Below are positions 18,864 through 26,988 of a stretch of 64,000 nt of DNA, piece by piece. How positions within the stretch are numbered: the stretch's first letter is position 1; each line of letters opens with the position of its first letter. This DNA is from Nitrospinaceae bacterium (GTDB lineage Bacteria > Nitrospinota > Nitrospinia > Nitrospinales > VA-1), in NCBI GenBank assembly GCA_046754465.1, contig JBHHVU010000006.1, positions 33,116 to 97,115 on the forward strand, given 5' to 3'. The notes beneath the pieces are model-generated. The model saw nothing but the letters and a program-made list of their open reading frames with translations, ran no database searches and was not told the origin of the DNA. Both the position numbers and the translations under genes were made by a program.

Positions 18864-21401
18864 TTAAAGGCGTTCTTTAAATTCTTTTTCCCAATTCAGC
18901 ATCTTGAGCTTGGATGCGGCGGCTTCTTTTAATAGGGGGTCTGTTTCCTTGGATTGGATCAGGGCGTTGAGTTTGGAGGTGACTTGATTTTTTTTGTGCA
19001 ATTTTTCATAACTTTGCGCAAGCAGAAAATCCGCCCAGTCCTTGAGGTGATGTTTTGGAAAGAGTTGTACTGCAGATTCCAGGGCCTTGACGGCCTGGGT
19101 ATATTCCCCGTCCTGGTAAAGAGCCGTGCCCAGTTGGTAATAGGCTTTACCCAGGTAATCGGGAACGATTCGGGTGGTGCGTTTGTAAGCCGCGATGGCC
19201 TTTTGGTATTCACCGATGGCGCTCGGCAGATCGTTGAGCCCGTTATAGGTCTCTCCCATCCGGTAATGGATTTCCGAGGCGAGTTCCCTGTTTTGGGATA
19301 AGAGTTTCCCGTAAACCTCCAAGGCTTTTTTGTGGCGGGATTGGCCGGTATAGGCCGCGGCCAAAAGTTTGCGGGCAGCCAGGGCTTCCTTGCTCCGCGG
19401 ATAGTTCTTCAAGAAGGAGCGGGCGACCAGTTCCGCTTCCCTGTAGTTCTTCTCTTCCAGATGGATGTTGCCCAGGTTGAGAAAAATCCGGTCCTTGAAA
19501 AGTCCCTTGGTGTCACGTTTTTTTACTTGTTCGTAAAATTTCAGCGCCTCCGGGAACATGCCGATCGCCTGATACGCCTCGCCGATCTGAAACAGGGTTT
19601 TTATATTGCTGACATTGCCCAGGGACAGACTGATGAAATCATTGTACGAATAGAGAATCGGCAAAACCCCTCCCTGTTTGGCATACTGGTCGACGAGGAA
19701 GACGAGCGATTGTTTGATATAGTTTCTGGATGGATTGTAAAATCGCGATTCCTTTCCCAGCGGCAGCAGTTTCTTCAACATATCGATCGCCTTCAAATAA
19801 TTCTGTTCCTTCATGAAGGCGATGCCGCGGCTCAGGGTCACCTCCGCCAAGATTTCCATGTCCCCGGCTTCCTTGAAAATCTGGTTATAGGTTTTATACG
19901 GCTGGAAGTAGGGGGTGGAATTGTAGATGATGTCCCGGACTTTTAGCCGGGGATTGATAATGCCGATGTCCGCCATCCGGATTTGGGCGTATTGCGCTTC
20001 GGGGCCGCCAGATTGTTTCTTGGCCGATTCGTCAAAAACGGCAAGGGCATTGAGGTAATTTCCTTCCAGGAGATAGGAATCGCCGATCATATTGAGCGCC
20101 TGGTGGCTTTTCGGGAAATCTGGCGCCAGGTTGAGGAGATTGAAAAAAAATTTCCGGGCCAGGGTATATTTTTTCTCACGGTAATAGATATCCCCCATAT
20201 TGAAGTGGATGTCGGGATGGTCGTTGAGTTCGCTGGGCCATCGGCGGGCTCCGTCCTCGTAAATTTCAATCGACCGCTGAAAGTCCTTGGCTTCATAAAA
20301 ATGACGGGCGATTTCAAAGATAGCATCCCGGGCTTCAATATTTTTCGGCGCATTTTCCAGGAGTTTCTGGAAGGCGCCGTAAGCTTCTGCATATTTTCCG
20401 TCCTTGAGGAGCATTCCGGCCAGGCTGGTCTTCCGGGTAGGGGTGTATTGACTCTTCGGGTCCTTTTTCAAGGCTTCCTCATAGATCGTCTTGGCTTCCA
20501 GAATGTAACCCATTTCGTTATAAATGAAAGCGATCTTGTCCACGGCGTGGCTGGAGAACCGGGAATCCGGGTATTGTCTCAGGGCGTATTTGTAGGCCAA
20601 CAGGGCGTCCTCATAAATGGGATTGGGTTCCCGGTAAGCTATCTGGAATTTTGCCTCCGCTTCCAGATAAAGGATGTGGGCGCGGTATTTGCTCTTGGGA
20701 TAGTCGGCCAGGAATTGATCGAATAACTGCACCGCTTCGGGATAATCCTTTTCCTGATAGGTCTGGAGCGCTTTTTGATACGCCTCCCAACCGTTATTGA
20801 GTTTCTCTTCGTAGTTCTTCCGATTCACTTGCCGGATCTTCTGGGGGGTCATCCCGGTGATGCGCGCTTTCCGCCCCGGTTTGCCCTTTTCCTTCTGTTG
20901 CGAAAAAAGACCGTTCTGGGGGGACTCACCCGGTTTTTTTCCGACCCGGGTGCGGAGGATCGGTTTGGTTTCGCCCTTGAAATCGACCACGATTCGCGAT
21001 CCGCCGGGGTCGAGAAAATGGAAAAACCGGGTGTTGCTTTGGCGCAAATGAAACGTGATTTCCAGGGACCGCCGGAGGGGCCGAATGCTGATTTTTTTCA
21101 GATTCCGGTCCCGCATCGTCCGGGATCGAACCTGCGGACCTAACCGGGCCCCTTCCAGCGTCAGGGTAATTTTTTTCAGCAGGAAATTGGCCTCGACCCG
21201 GTAACCCGTAGGGCGATCGAGGTCAATGAGGATGCGGGTAAATTCTGGGTGGGGTCCGATCCGTACTTTTTCGACGCGGGCGGGGGGTTCCCCCCCACCC
21301 CCGGGAAGACCCTGCGAAATCGCAAAAGTGCTCCCCCAATCCATTGCCAGGAAGAGCAGTAAATTCGCCAGGATGAAAAAAAAATGTTTCTTTCGGGGCA
21401 T
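18864..21401 (-). CDS. Exported protein with AMIN-like N-terminal domain and long TPR array
   Basis: Signal peptide; VRIGPHPEFTRILIDL...RIVVDF; many TPRs; start set at ATG 21401 because the ORF-track TTG lies just after the predicted transcription start. Confidence 0.78.
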   Translation of the reverse strand: MPRKKHFFFILANLLLFLAMDWGSTFAISQGLPGGGGEPPARVEKVRIGPHPEFTRILIDLDRPTGYRVEANFLLKKITLTLEGARLGPQVRSRTMRDRNLKKISIRPLRRSLEITFHLRQSNTRFFHFLDPGGSRIVVDFKGETKPILRTRVGKKPGESPQNGLFSQQKEKGKPGRKARITGMTPQKIRQVNRKNYEEKLNNGWEAYQKALQTYQEKDYPEAVQLFDQFLADYPKSKYRAHILYLEAEAKFQIAYREPNPIYEDALLAYKYALRQYPDSRFSSHAVDKIAFIYNEMGYILEAKTIYEEALKKDPKSQYTPTRKTSLAGMLLKDGKYAEAYGAFQKLLENAPKNIEARDAIFEIARHFYEAKDFQRSIEIYEDGARRWPSELNDHPDIHFNMGDIYYREKKYTLARKFFFNLLNLAPDFPKSHQALNMIGDSYLLEGNYLNALAVFDESAKKQSGGPEAQYAQIRMADIGIINPRLKVRDIIYNSTPYFQPYKTYNQIFKEAGDMEILAEVTLSRGIAFMKEQNYLKAIDMLKKLLPLGKESRFYNPSRNYIKQSLVFLVDQYAKQGGVLPILYSYNDFISLSLGNVSNIKTLFQIGEAYQAIGMFPEALKFYEQVKKRDTKGLFKDRIFLNLGNIHLEEKNYREAELVARSFLKNYPRSKEALAARKLLAAAYTGQSRHKKALEVYGKLLSQNRELASEIHYRMGETYNGLNDLPSAIGEYQKAIAAYKRTTRIVPDYLGKAYYQLGTALYQDGEYTQAVKALESAVQLFPKHHLKDWADFLLAQSYEKLHKKNQVTSKLNALIQSKETDPLLKEAAASKLKMLNWEKEFKERL

Positions 21402-21442
21402 GGTTCGGCAGGACCTCGGATCCAACAGTATTTATTAATTAA

Positions 21443-21458
21443 AGCAAATTCCATACCA
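21443..21458 (-). promoter_or_regulatory. Sigma54 promoter of the TPR-kinase-regulator operon
   Basis: Minus strand TGGTATGGAATTTGCT, 14/16 identical to the flgC promoter. Confidence 0.82.
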
Positions 21459-21617
21459 GGATGCTACAGGTCTTTTGTTCTTCAAACCCAGGGGACGGAG
21501 GGGCCCGGCGGATATCCCGACTTGCCAAGATCATTGATTTATTTGATAATATATAGACGACCCCGGAAAACTCCGCCCCGATGGGGCCGTGCGGAGCCTG
21601 GGAATCGATCCCGCGGT

Positions 21618-21631
21618 GTCATAATTTTGAC
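21618..21631. promoter_or_regulatory. FleQ-box-like enhancer palindrome
   Basis: GTCATAATTTTGAC, 160 bp upstream of the sigma54 site, 12/14 identical to the box at 16129. Confidence 0.6.
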
Positions 21632-21707
21632 AAAATTTCAGCGGCGGCTCGCTTTTTGGATTCTCCTCTGAAAGACCAAAAACACCTTTCCCTGGGATGA
21701 TGCTCCC

Positions 21708-22814
21708 ATGATGGATAAAACCCGGTTTGAAAAATTAAGAACTCAGGAACTGCTTGTGGTCCGGAGTTTGCTGAAAAAGCAAAATGAAATCCTGGGCCAG
21801 TCGCTCCTGAACCTGGACCGCCTCATCTACATGCAAAAAAGCATCAGTTTGATGAGTTCCCGGGAAATTCATAAGGTCTTGACCGAAAAATTGCCCTACA
21901 CCCTCTCCATCCGGTATTTTTCTTTGTTCCTTTATGACAAAAGCAAAAGAACCCTGCGGCTGGCCGCCCACAATCATCCCGACCTTAAGGAGGGTCTCAC
22001 ATTCCGGCGGGTTGAATCGGTCATCATGGACGATGCCATCAGTTTGGGCAAATACATTCTGGAACAGAAGTTCACCGATTCCAAATATTTCAAGGGCAAC
22101 AGGAATCCTTTATACCAATTCGATTTCTTTGTCAGCATTCCTTTGATGATCGAAAATGAAATCATAGGGGTCCTGAACTTGAATGATAATGACAAGGGCT
22201 TCATCAATGTCATCGACTTGGATTTCATCCTCAACGTCTCCGAATTTATTTCCCTTTCCATCAGCAACGCCCAATCCTTCGAAAAAGCCGAACGGTTGTC
22301 GGTGACCGACGGGCTCACGGGTTTGACCAATCGCCAGCAGATGCAGGCTCTTCTCGAAAACGAGGTTCTGAGATGCAAACGATATGGCTCTTCCCTGTCT
22401 CTGGTTATGATCGATGTGGATCATTTCAAGGAAATTAACGATACCCACGGCCATCAGGAAGGGGACGAGGTGTTGGTGAAAGTTGCTTCGATCGTTAAAA
22501 AGTTCTGCCGGTCCCACGATGTGGCCGCCCGGTACGGGGGAGAAGAGTTTGTGCTGGTTCTGCCGGAGACCCATCTGGCCGGGGCGCGGGTGATGGCGGA
22601 ACGGATTCGCCAACAGGTGGCGGGCCAGACCTTTGAACACGCGGGCGGAACGTTTCAGGTCACCCTCAGTTGCGGCATCGCGGAATTCGACGGCAATCTT
22701 ACCCGGGATCAGTCCGACTTGATACGCGTCGCGGACCAGGCCCTGTACCGAGCTAAGGAAGGCGGCAGGAACCGGACCGTGGAAGGGAGGCCGGATGATT
22801 TCCCCCAAGATTGA
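21708..22814 (+). CDS. GAF-GGDEF diguanylate cyclase
   Basis: GAF domain, TDGLTG, DVDHFKEINDTHGH, RSHD I-site, RYGGEEF. Confidence 0.94.
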   Translation: MMDKTRFEKLRTQELLVVRSLLKKQNEILGQSLLNLDRLIYMQKSISLMSSREIHKVLTEKLPYTLSIRYFSLFLYDKSKRTLRLAAHNHPDLKEGLTFRRVESVIMDDAISLGKYILEQKFTDSKYFKGNRNPLYQFDFFVSIPLMIENEIIGVLNLNDNDKGFINVIDLDFILNVSEFISLSISNAQSFEKAERLSVTDGLTGLTNRQQMQALLENEVLRCKRYGSSLSLVMIDVDHFKEINDTHGHQEGDEVLVKVASIVKKFCRSHDVAARYGGEEFVLVLPETHLAGARVMAERIRQQVAGQTFEHAGGTFQVTLSCGIAEFDGNLTRDQSDLIRVADQALYRAKEGGRNRTVEGRPDDFPQD

Positions 22815-23646
22815 AGCATTCCGGCAACTGGAGGGGCTGCCCTCTCCCCCCGGACAAATCCTCATGGTCCTGGAAGCGATCGGACGCAATTCGGCCCTGG
22901 ATTACAATATCGTTCAGATGATTCAGTACGACCCGGGCATCGCCTTGCGGGTGCTCAAGGCCGCGAATACGCCGCTCTACGGGTTCCCCGCGCGGATCGC
23001 TTCGCTACAACAGGCGGCGGGACTGCTCGGGCCGGGCGCTATCCGGAATATCGTGATGACCACACCCGTCCTGGAACGGTTTCAGAATAACGGCGCCGCC
23101 GATCTGGTCATCGACTTTTCCAGGCTCTGGCAGCATTCGACGGTGACCGGGGCGCTGGCCGGATGCCTGGGAAACCACGTCGAGGGCATGGAAACGGACG
23201 TCTGCTTCACCGCCGGACTGATTCACGCGGCGGGGAAAATCGCCCTGGCGGTCTACCATCCCCGGACGCTTGCGAAAATGATTCAACAGGCGGCCCGCAA
23301 AAAGGTTCCTCTCACGCAAGTGGAACAGGAAACCCTGGGATACTCCCATGCCGACGTTGCCGCCGAGATGACCCGGGCCTGGGGATTCCCTCAATCGTTG
23401 GTCCATGCGCTTGGGTGTTGTTTCCCCACTCCCCGGCAGGTGCCTGGGGACCGGCTCGCCGGGGTGATTGGCCTAGCCCGGTTCCTGGCGGATCAATGGG
23501 GGTTTGGCGATGGAATGGAGGCGGCTCCTCCGGATTCCGCCGAGGGATTTTTCCCGTTATTGAATATCACCGGCAAGGACCTGGAGGCCTGGACCCCTGA
23601 GTTGCGGGAATACGCTTCCCACGCGGCCAGCGAGCAAGAAGGGTGA
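22795..23646 (+). CDS. Stand-alone HDOD domain protein
   Basis: DPGIALRVLKAAN, LWQHS, AGLIHAAGK, LGYSHADV, WGFP. Confidence 0.9.
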   Translation: MISPKIEAFRQLEGLPSPPGQILMVLEAIGRNSALDYNIVQMIQYDPGIALRVLKAANTPLYGFPARIASLQQAAGLLGPGAIRNIVMTTPVLERFQNNGAADLVIDFSRLWQHSTVTGALAGCLGNHVEGMETDVCFTAGLIHAAGKIALAVYHPRTLAKMIQQAARKKVPLTQVEQETLGYSHADVAAEMTRAWGFPQSLVHALGCCFPTPRQVPGDRLAGVIGLARFLADQWGFGDGMEAAPPDSAEGFFPLLNITGKDLEAWTPELREYASHAASEQEG

Positions 23647-23664
23647 CGCAACGCCTCGGTGACT

Positions 23665-25629
23665 TCAGGGAGTGTGCCTGGGGAATAAGGTATCTTGGGG
23701 TGGAGCCATGGTGTCCGCCAGGTTTTTCAGGGCCGATGAGATCTCCACGGAGTAGGGAGGACTATTCTTGAGGGCGCGCAGGTGTTCCGGCAATCGGCCC
23801 AAGTCCCTCGCCGCGCGGTCACGCGCTTCCGCAAGCGGGGGCGCGGGCCGAATTTTTTGGCCCTGGCGCAAACAAGGTTCCAAAAGCGGCTGCCCCTCGC
23901 AAACCTCCTCCTCCAGCGTCACGAGGTCTCCGGTCATTTCCCCCCCGGCGTTGAATTGACGATAAACCTGCTTGCGGCCCGGCAAACTGGCCTTGTTTTC
24001 CGAAAGTTTCCGCCGCGGGGAACCTGCGTACTCCTGCAACTTGTAGGCGCAGTTGAGCATGGGAGCGTCGGCGGAGGTGGTCAGACGCGTCCCGATGCCG
24101 AACCCATCGATGGGCGCCTGGTGGGCGCGAAATTCCAGCAATTTCCTTTCATCCAGATCGCCGCTGGCGAAGATTTTTACCCCCGGCAGTCCCCCGGCAT
24201 CCAGGAGGCCGCGCACCCGGCAAGCGTGCCCGGCCAGATCGCCGCTGTCGAGTCGCACCCCGCGAATCGTTATTCCGTCTTCACGCAGCCCGGGTGCGAG
24301 GTCCACCAACTTGCGCACCGCCTTTTCGGTGTCATAAGTGTCCAAAAGGAGGATCACATTGCCGGGGTGGGACCGGGCGAAATTTTCGAAGGCCCGGGTT
24401 TCCCCGTCGTGCGCCTGGATGAAGGAATGCGCCATGGTGCCGAAAACGGGAATATTCCACAGAACGCCCGCCTGCACGGTTGCCGTGCCCGTGAACCCGG
24501 CGATGTAGCTCGCCCGGGCGGCGAGCAATCCCGCTTCCGCCCCATGAGCCCGGCGAAACCCAAAATCGATGAGGACCTTTCCCGGGGCCGCGAGAACACA
24601 GCGCGCGGCCTTGCTGGCCACCAGAATCTGGTGCTGTAACAGGTTGATGATCCGGCTTTCCACCAACTGGGCCTGGGGCAGGGGCGCGGTGACCCGAAGG
24701 ATCGGTTCGTTGGCAAAAAAAACTGCCCCTTCGGGCAGGGCGTCGACATCGCCGGTAAACCGGAAACCCTCCAGGGACTTCACGAAGTCCGTTCGTAAAT
24801 ATCCGCAACTTTCCAACCAATCCAGGTCTTGCGCTGGGAACCTTAATGTTTCCAGATATTGCAGGACCTGTTCCAGGCCCGCCGCAACCAGGAATCCCCG
24901 GTCCGGGGGGAGTTCGCGGACAAAGAATTCAAATACCGCGATGTCGTTCATGTTCTGGTCGAAATAGCCCTGCATCATGGTGAGCTGGTACAGGTCGGTC
25001 AACAGGGGGCCGGCGGTTCCCCAGGACGGTTGAAGCTGCTCCAGGGTGCAAGGACGGCTACCCAGGGAGACCATTTCCCCGATGGCTTTGCAGCCGTCGT
25101 CCGGGTGAACGTTGACGGCGCGGACGGCATCTTCGAGAAGGTAGACGGTATACCCGAGTTGGCGGGCGTCTTTCACGGTATTCAGTACACAATAGTCGGT
25201 GGCGAGTCCTCCGATGAACAGCCGGTGAATGCCCCTGCTTTCCAAACGTTCGTGCAGAGGGGTCCCCTGAAATCCGGAATAGGCCTCCTGGTCGGGTTGG
25301 GTTCCCTTGGACACAATTTCCGCGGTGGCGGGAAGGCGGAGCTTCGGGGAAAATTGCGCCCCTGCCGAATCCGCCACACAATGGGCGGGCCAGAGCCCTC
25401 CCTGTTCCCGAAAAGAGCAATGGTTGCCCGGATGCCAGTCCCGGGTGGCGAGGATGGGCAATCCCCGTTCATGGAAAAAGTCGATGTAACCATTGAGAAC
25501 GGGAAGGACCTCATCCCCGCACGGGACCGCAAGAGTCCCGCCGGGCAAAAAGTCGTTTTGCACGTCGACGAGAATCAGCGCGTCACCGCTTTTCGGAGAA
25601 GGAATTTTTCTTCCATCATCCATTTTCAT
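23665..25629 (-). CDS. pncA-pncB: Fused nicotinamidase (PncA) and nicotinate phosphoribosyltransferase (PncB)
   Basis: N-terminal VDVQNDF, DWHP, WPAHCV, GLATDYCV; C-terminal LLTDLYQLTM, DFGFRRAH, GTMAHS, LDTYD, VRLDSGD. Confidence 0.92.
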   Translation of the reverse strand: MKMDDGRKIPSPKSGDALILVDVQNDFLPGGTLAVPCGDEVLPVLNGYIDFFHERGLPILATRDWHPGNHCSFREQGGLWPAHCVADSAGAQFSPKLRLPATAEIVSKGTQPDQEAYSGFQGTPLHERLESRGIHRLFIGGLATDYCVLNTVKDARQLGYTVYLLEDAVRAVNVHPDDGCKAIGEMVSLGSRPCTLEQLQPSWGTAGPLLTDLYQLTMMQGYFDQNMNDIAVFEFFVRELPPDRGFLVAAGLEQVLQYLETLRFPAQDLDWLESCGYLRTDFVKSLEGFRFTGDVDALPEGAVFFANEPILRVTAPLPQAQLVESRIINLLQHQILVASKAARCVLAAPGKVLIDFGFRRAHGAEAGLLAARASYIAGFTGTATVQAGVLWNIPVFGTMAHSFIQAHDGETRAFENFARSHPGNVILLLDTYDTEKAVRKLVDLAPGLREDGITIRGVRLDSGDLAGHACRVRGLLDAGGLPGVKIFASGDLDERKLLEFRAHQAPIDGFGIGTRLTTSADAPMLNCAYKLQEYAGSPRRKLSENKASLPGRKQVYRQFNAGGEMTGDLVTLEEEVCEGQPLLEPCLRQGQKIRPAPPLAEARDRAARDLGRLPEHLRALKNSPPYSVEISSALKNLADTMAPPQDTLFPRHTP

Positions 25630-25780
25630 TGAGGGTGACCGGATGGGTGGTTTTTTTGTTTTGACCGCAATTTCATTATGGCCGCAAGGGGGGGATGGAT
25701 CAAGCTAAAGTCGGTGATGGTCGTTGGTCCTTTGAGGACGGGACAAAAGGAAGAAAATGCGTAAGGAGCGAAAAGATAAT

Positions 25781-26761
25781 TTACAGATCCGGTCCCATCA
25801 GGCGTATGAAATCCTTCATGAGCCGGGGATCGAACTCGCTCTGCATATTGTCATTCATGATTTTGAGCGCATCAAAAGGCCCCAGCGCCTTTTTGTATGG
25901 ACGCCGCGTGGTCAGGGCATCATAGACGTCCATGAGTTTGCAGACTCTGCCGAACAGGGAAATCTCTTCTTCTGCCAAACCGTCCGGGTAGCCACCTCCC
26001 TTGAATTTTTCATGATGCTCCTTGGCCATCTGAATCACCTTGAAGCCATAACATCCCATGCCATTCAGGATTTCGACGCCCAGGGAGGTGTGCTCCTGAA
26101 TCACTTTGAACTCGCCGTCCGTCAGCCTGCCGTTTTTATTTAGGATTTTGAGAGGGATTTTGGATTTCCCCACATCATGGAGCATGCCTCCCATCCCCAG
26201 TTGTTGCACGTCTTCCTGGCCCATTTTGGTTTTGACCCCAAAGGTCATGCAATAGAGCCCGACGTTCACACTATGAGTATAGGTGTAATAATCCTTGTTG
26301 GTGATTTGGGCGATTCCATAAAAATTCGCCTCGGTTTGGGAAAGGCAATTTTCCATGAGGCTTATGACTTCCTCGGAAGAACGAAGAATTTTCGTGGAAG
26401 CGTTGCGCTGGAAGAACTCCTTCATGATCTCCTTGGAGACCTCGTAAATTTTTTCGGTTTTCTTCTTTAGGGGGATCTGGGGATCGGCCACCATTTTGCG
26501 GAGAGACCGCGTGGCCCGCCCGTAATATTTCACCACATCCTCTTCGCGGATAAAAAATTCCTCCTGGGATTCACCCGAGGCCAGCAATTCGCGGAACTTG
26601 TCCTGATGCGCCGGATCGGAACTAGCAAACTTGACGAACCGCGCCGTCCCGAAGGATTCCGTTTTGTAGTAAATATCAAACGTTTCCTTCCCGCTTCCCG
26701 AAAGGAACTCGAGGTTGATGGGACGAAATTGAGCGTCCTGGGTTTCCAGCGCAGTTTTCAT
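25781..26761 (-). CDS. HD-GYP cyclic di-nucleotide phosphodiesterase
   Basis: YTYTHSVNV, LHDVGK, HHEKFKGGGYP, DVYDALTTRRPY. Confidence 0.93.
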   Translation of the reverse strand: MKTALETQDAQFRPINLEFLSGSGKETFDIYYKTESFGTARFVKFASSDPAHQDKFRELLASGESQEEFFIREEDVVKYYGRATRSLRKMVADPQIPLKKKTEKIYEVSKEIMKEFFQRNASTKILRSSEEVISLMENCLSQTEANFYGIAQITNKDYYTYTHSVNVGLYCMTFGVKTKMGQEDVQQLGMGGMLHDVGKSKIPLKILNKNGRLTDGEFKVIQEHTSLGVEILNGMGCYGFKVIQMAKEHHEKFKGGGYPDGLAEEEISLFGRVCKLMDVYDALTTRRPYKKALGPFDALKIMNDNMQSEFDPRLMKDFIRLMGPDL

Positions 26762-26988
26762 AGGGAACTTCCGGATTAACCAGAGAATTTATGGGCTGGG
26801 TTATAGTTCGAAGGAGACTAAAATCTATAAACCAATTAAAATTCAATAATTTATTTTATCAAATCCGGGGCGCGAAAGGAATTGCAATTTACATTAATAT
26901 TTTATGTAATATTTATTATGGATTCTTCCATGAGCTAGGATCGTTGGTTCCACCGGGATGATGGGAACAGAACCGGTGGTCCGCGGGA

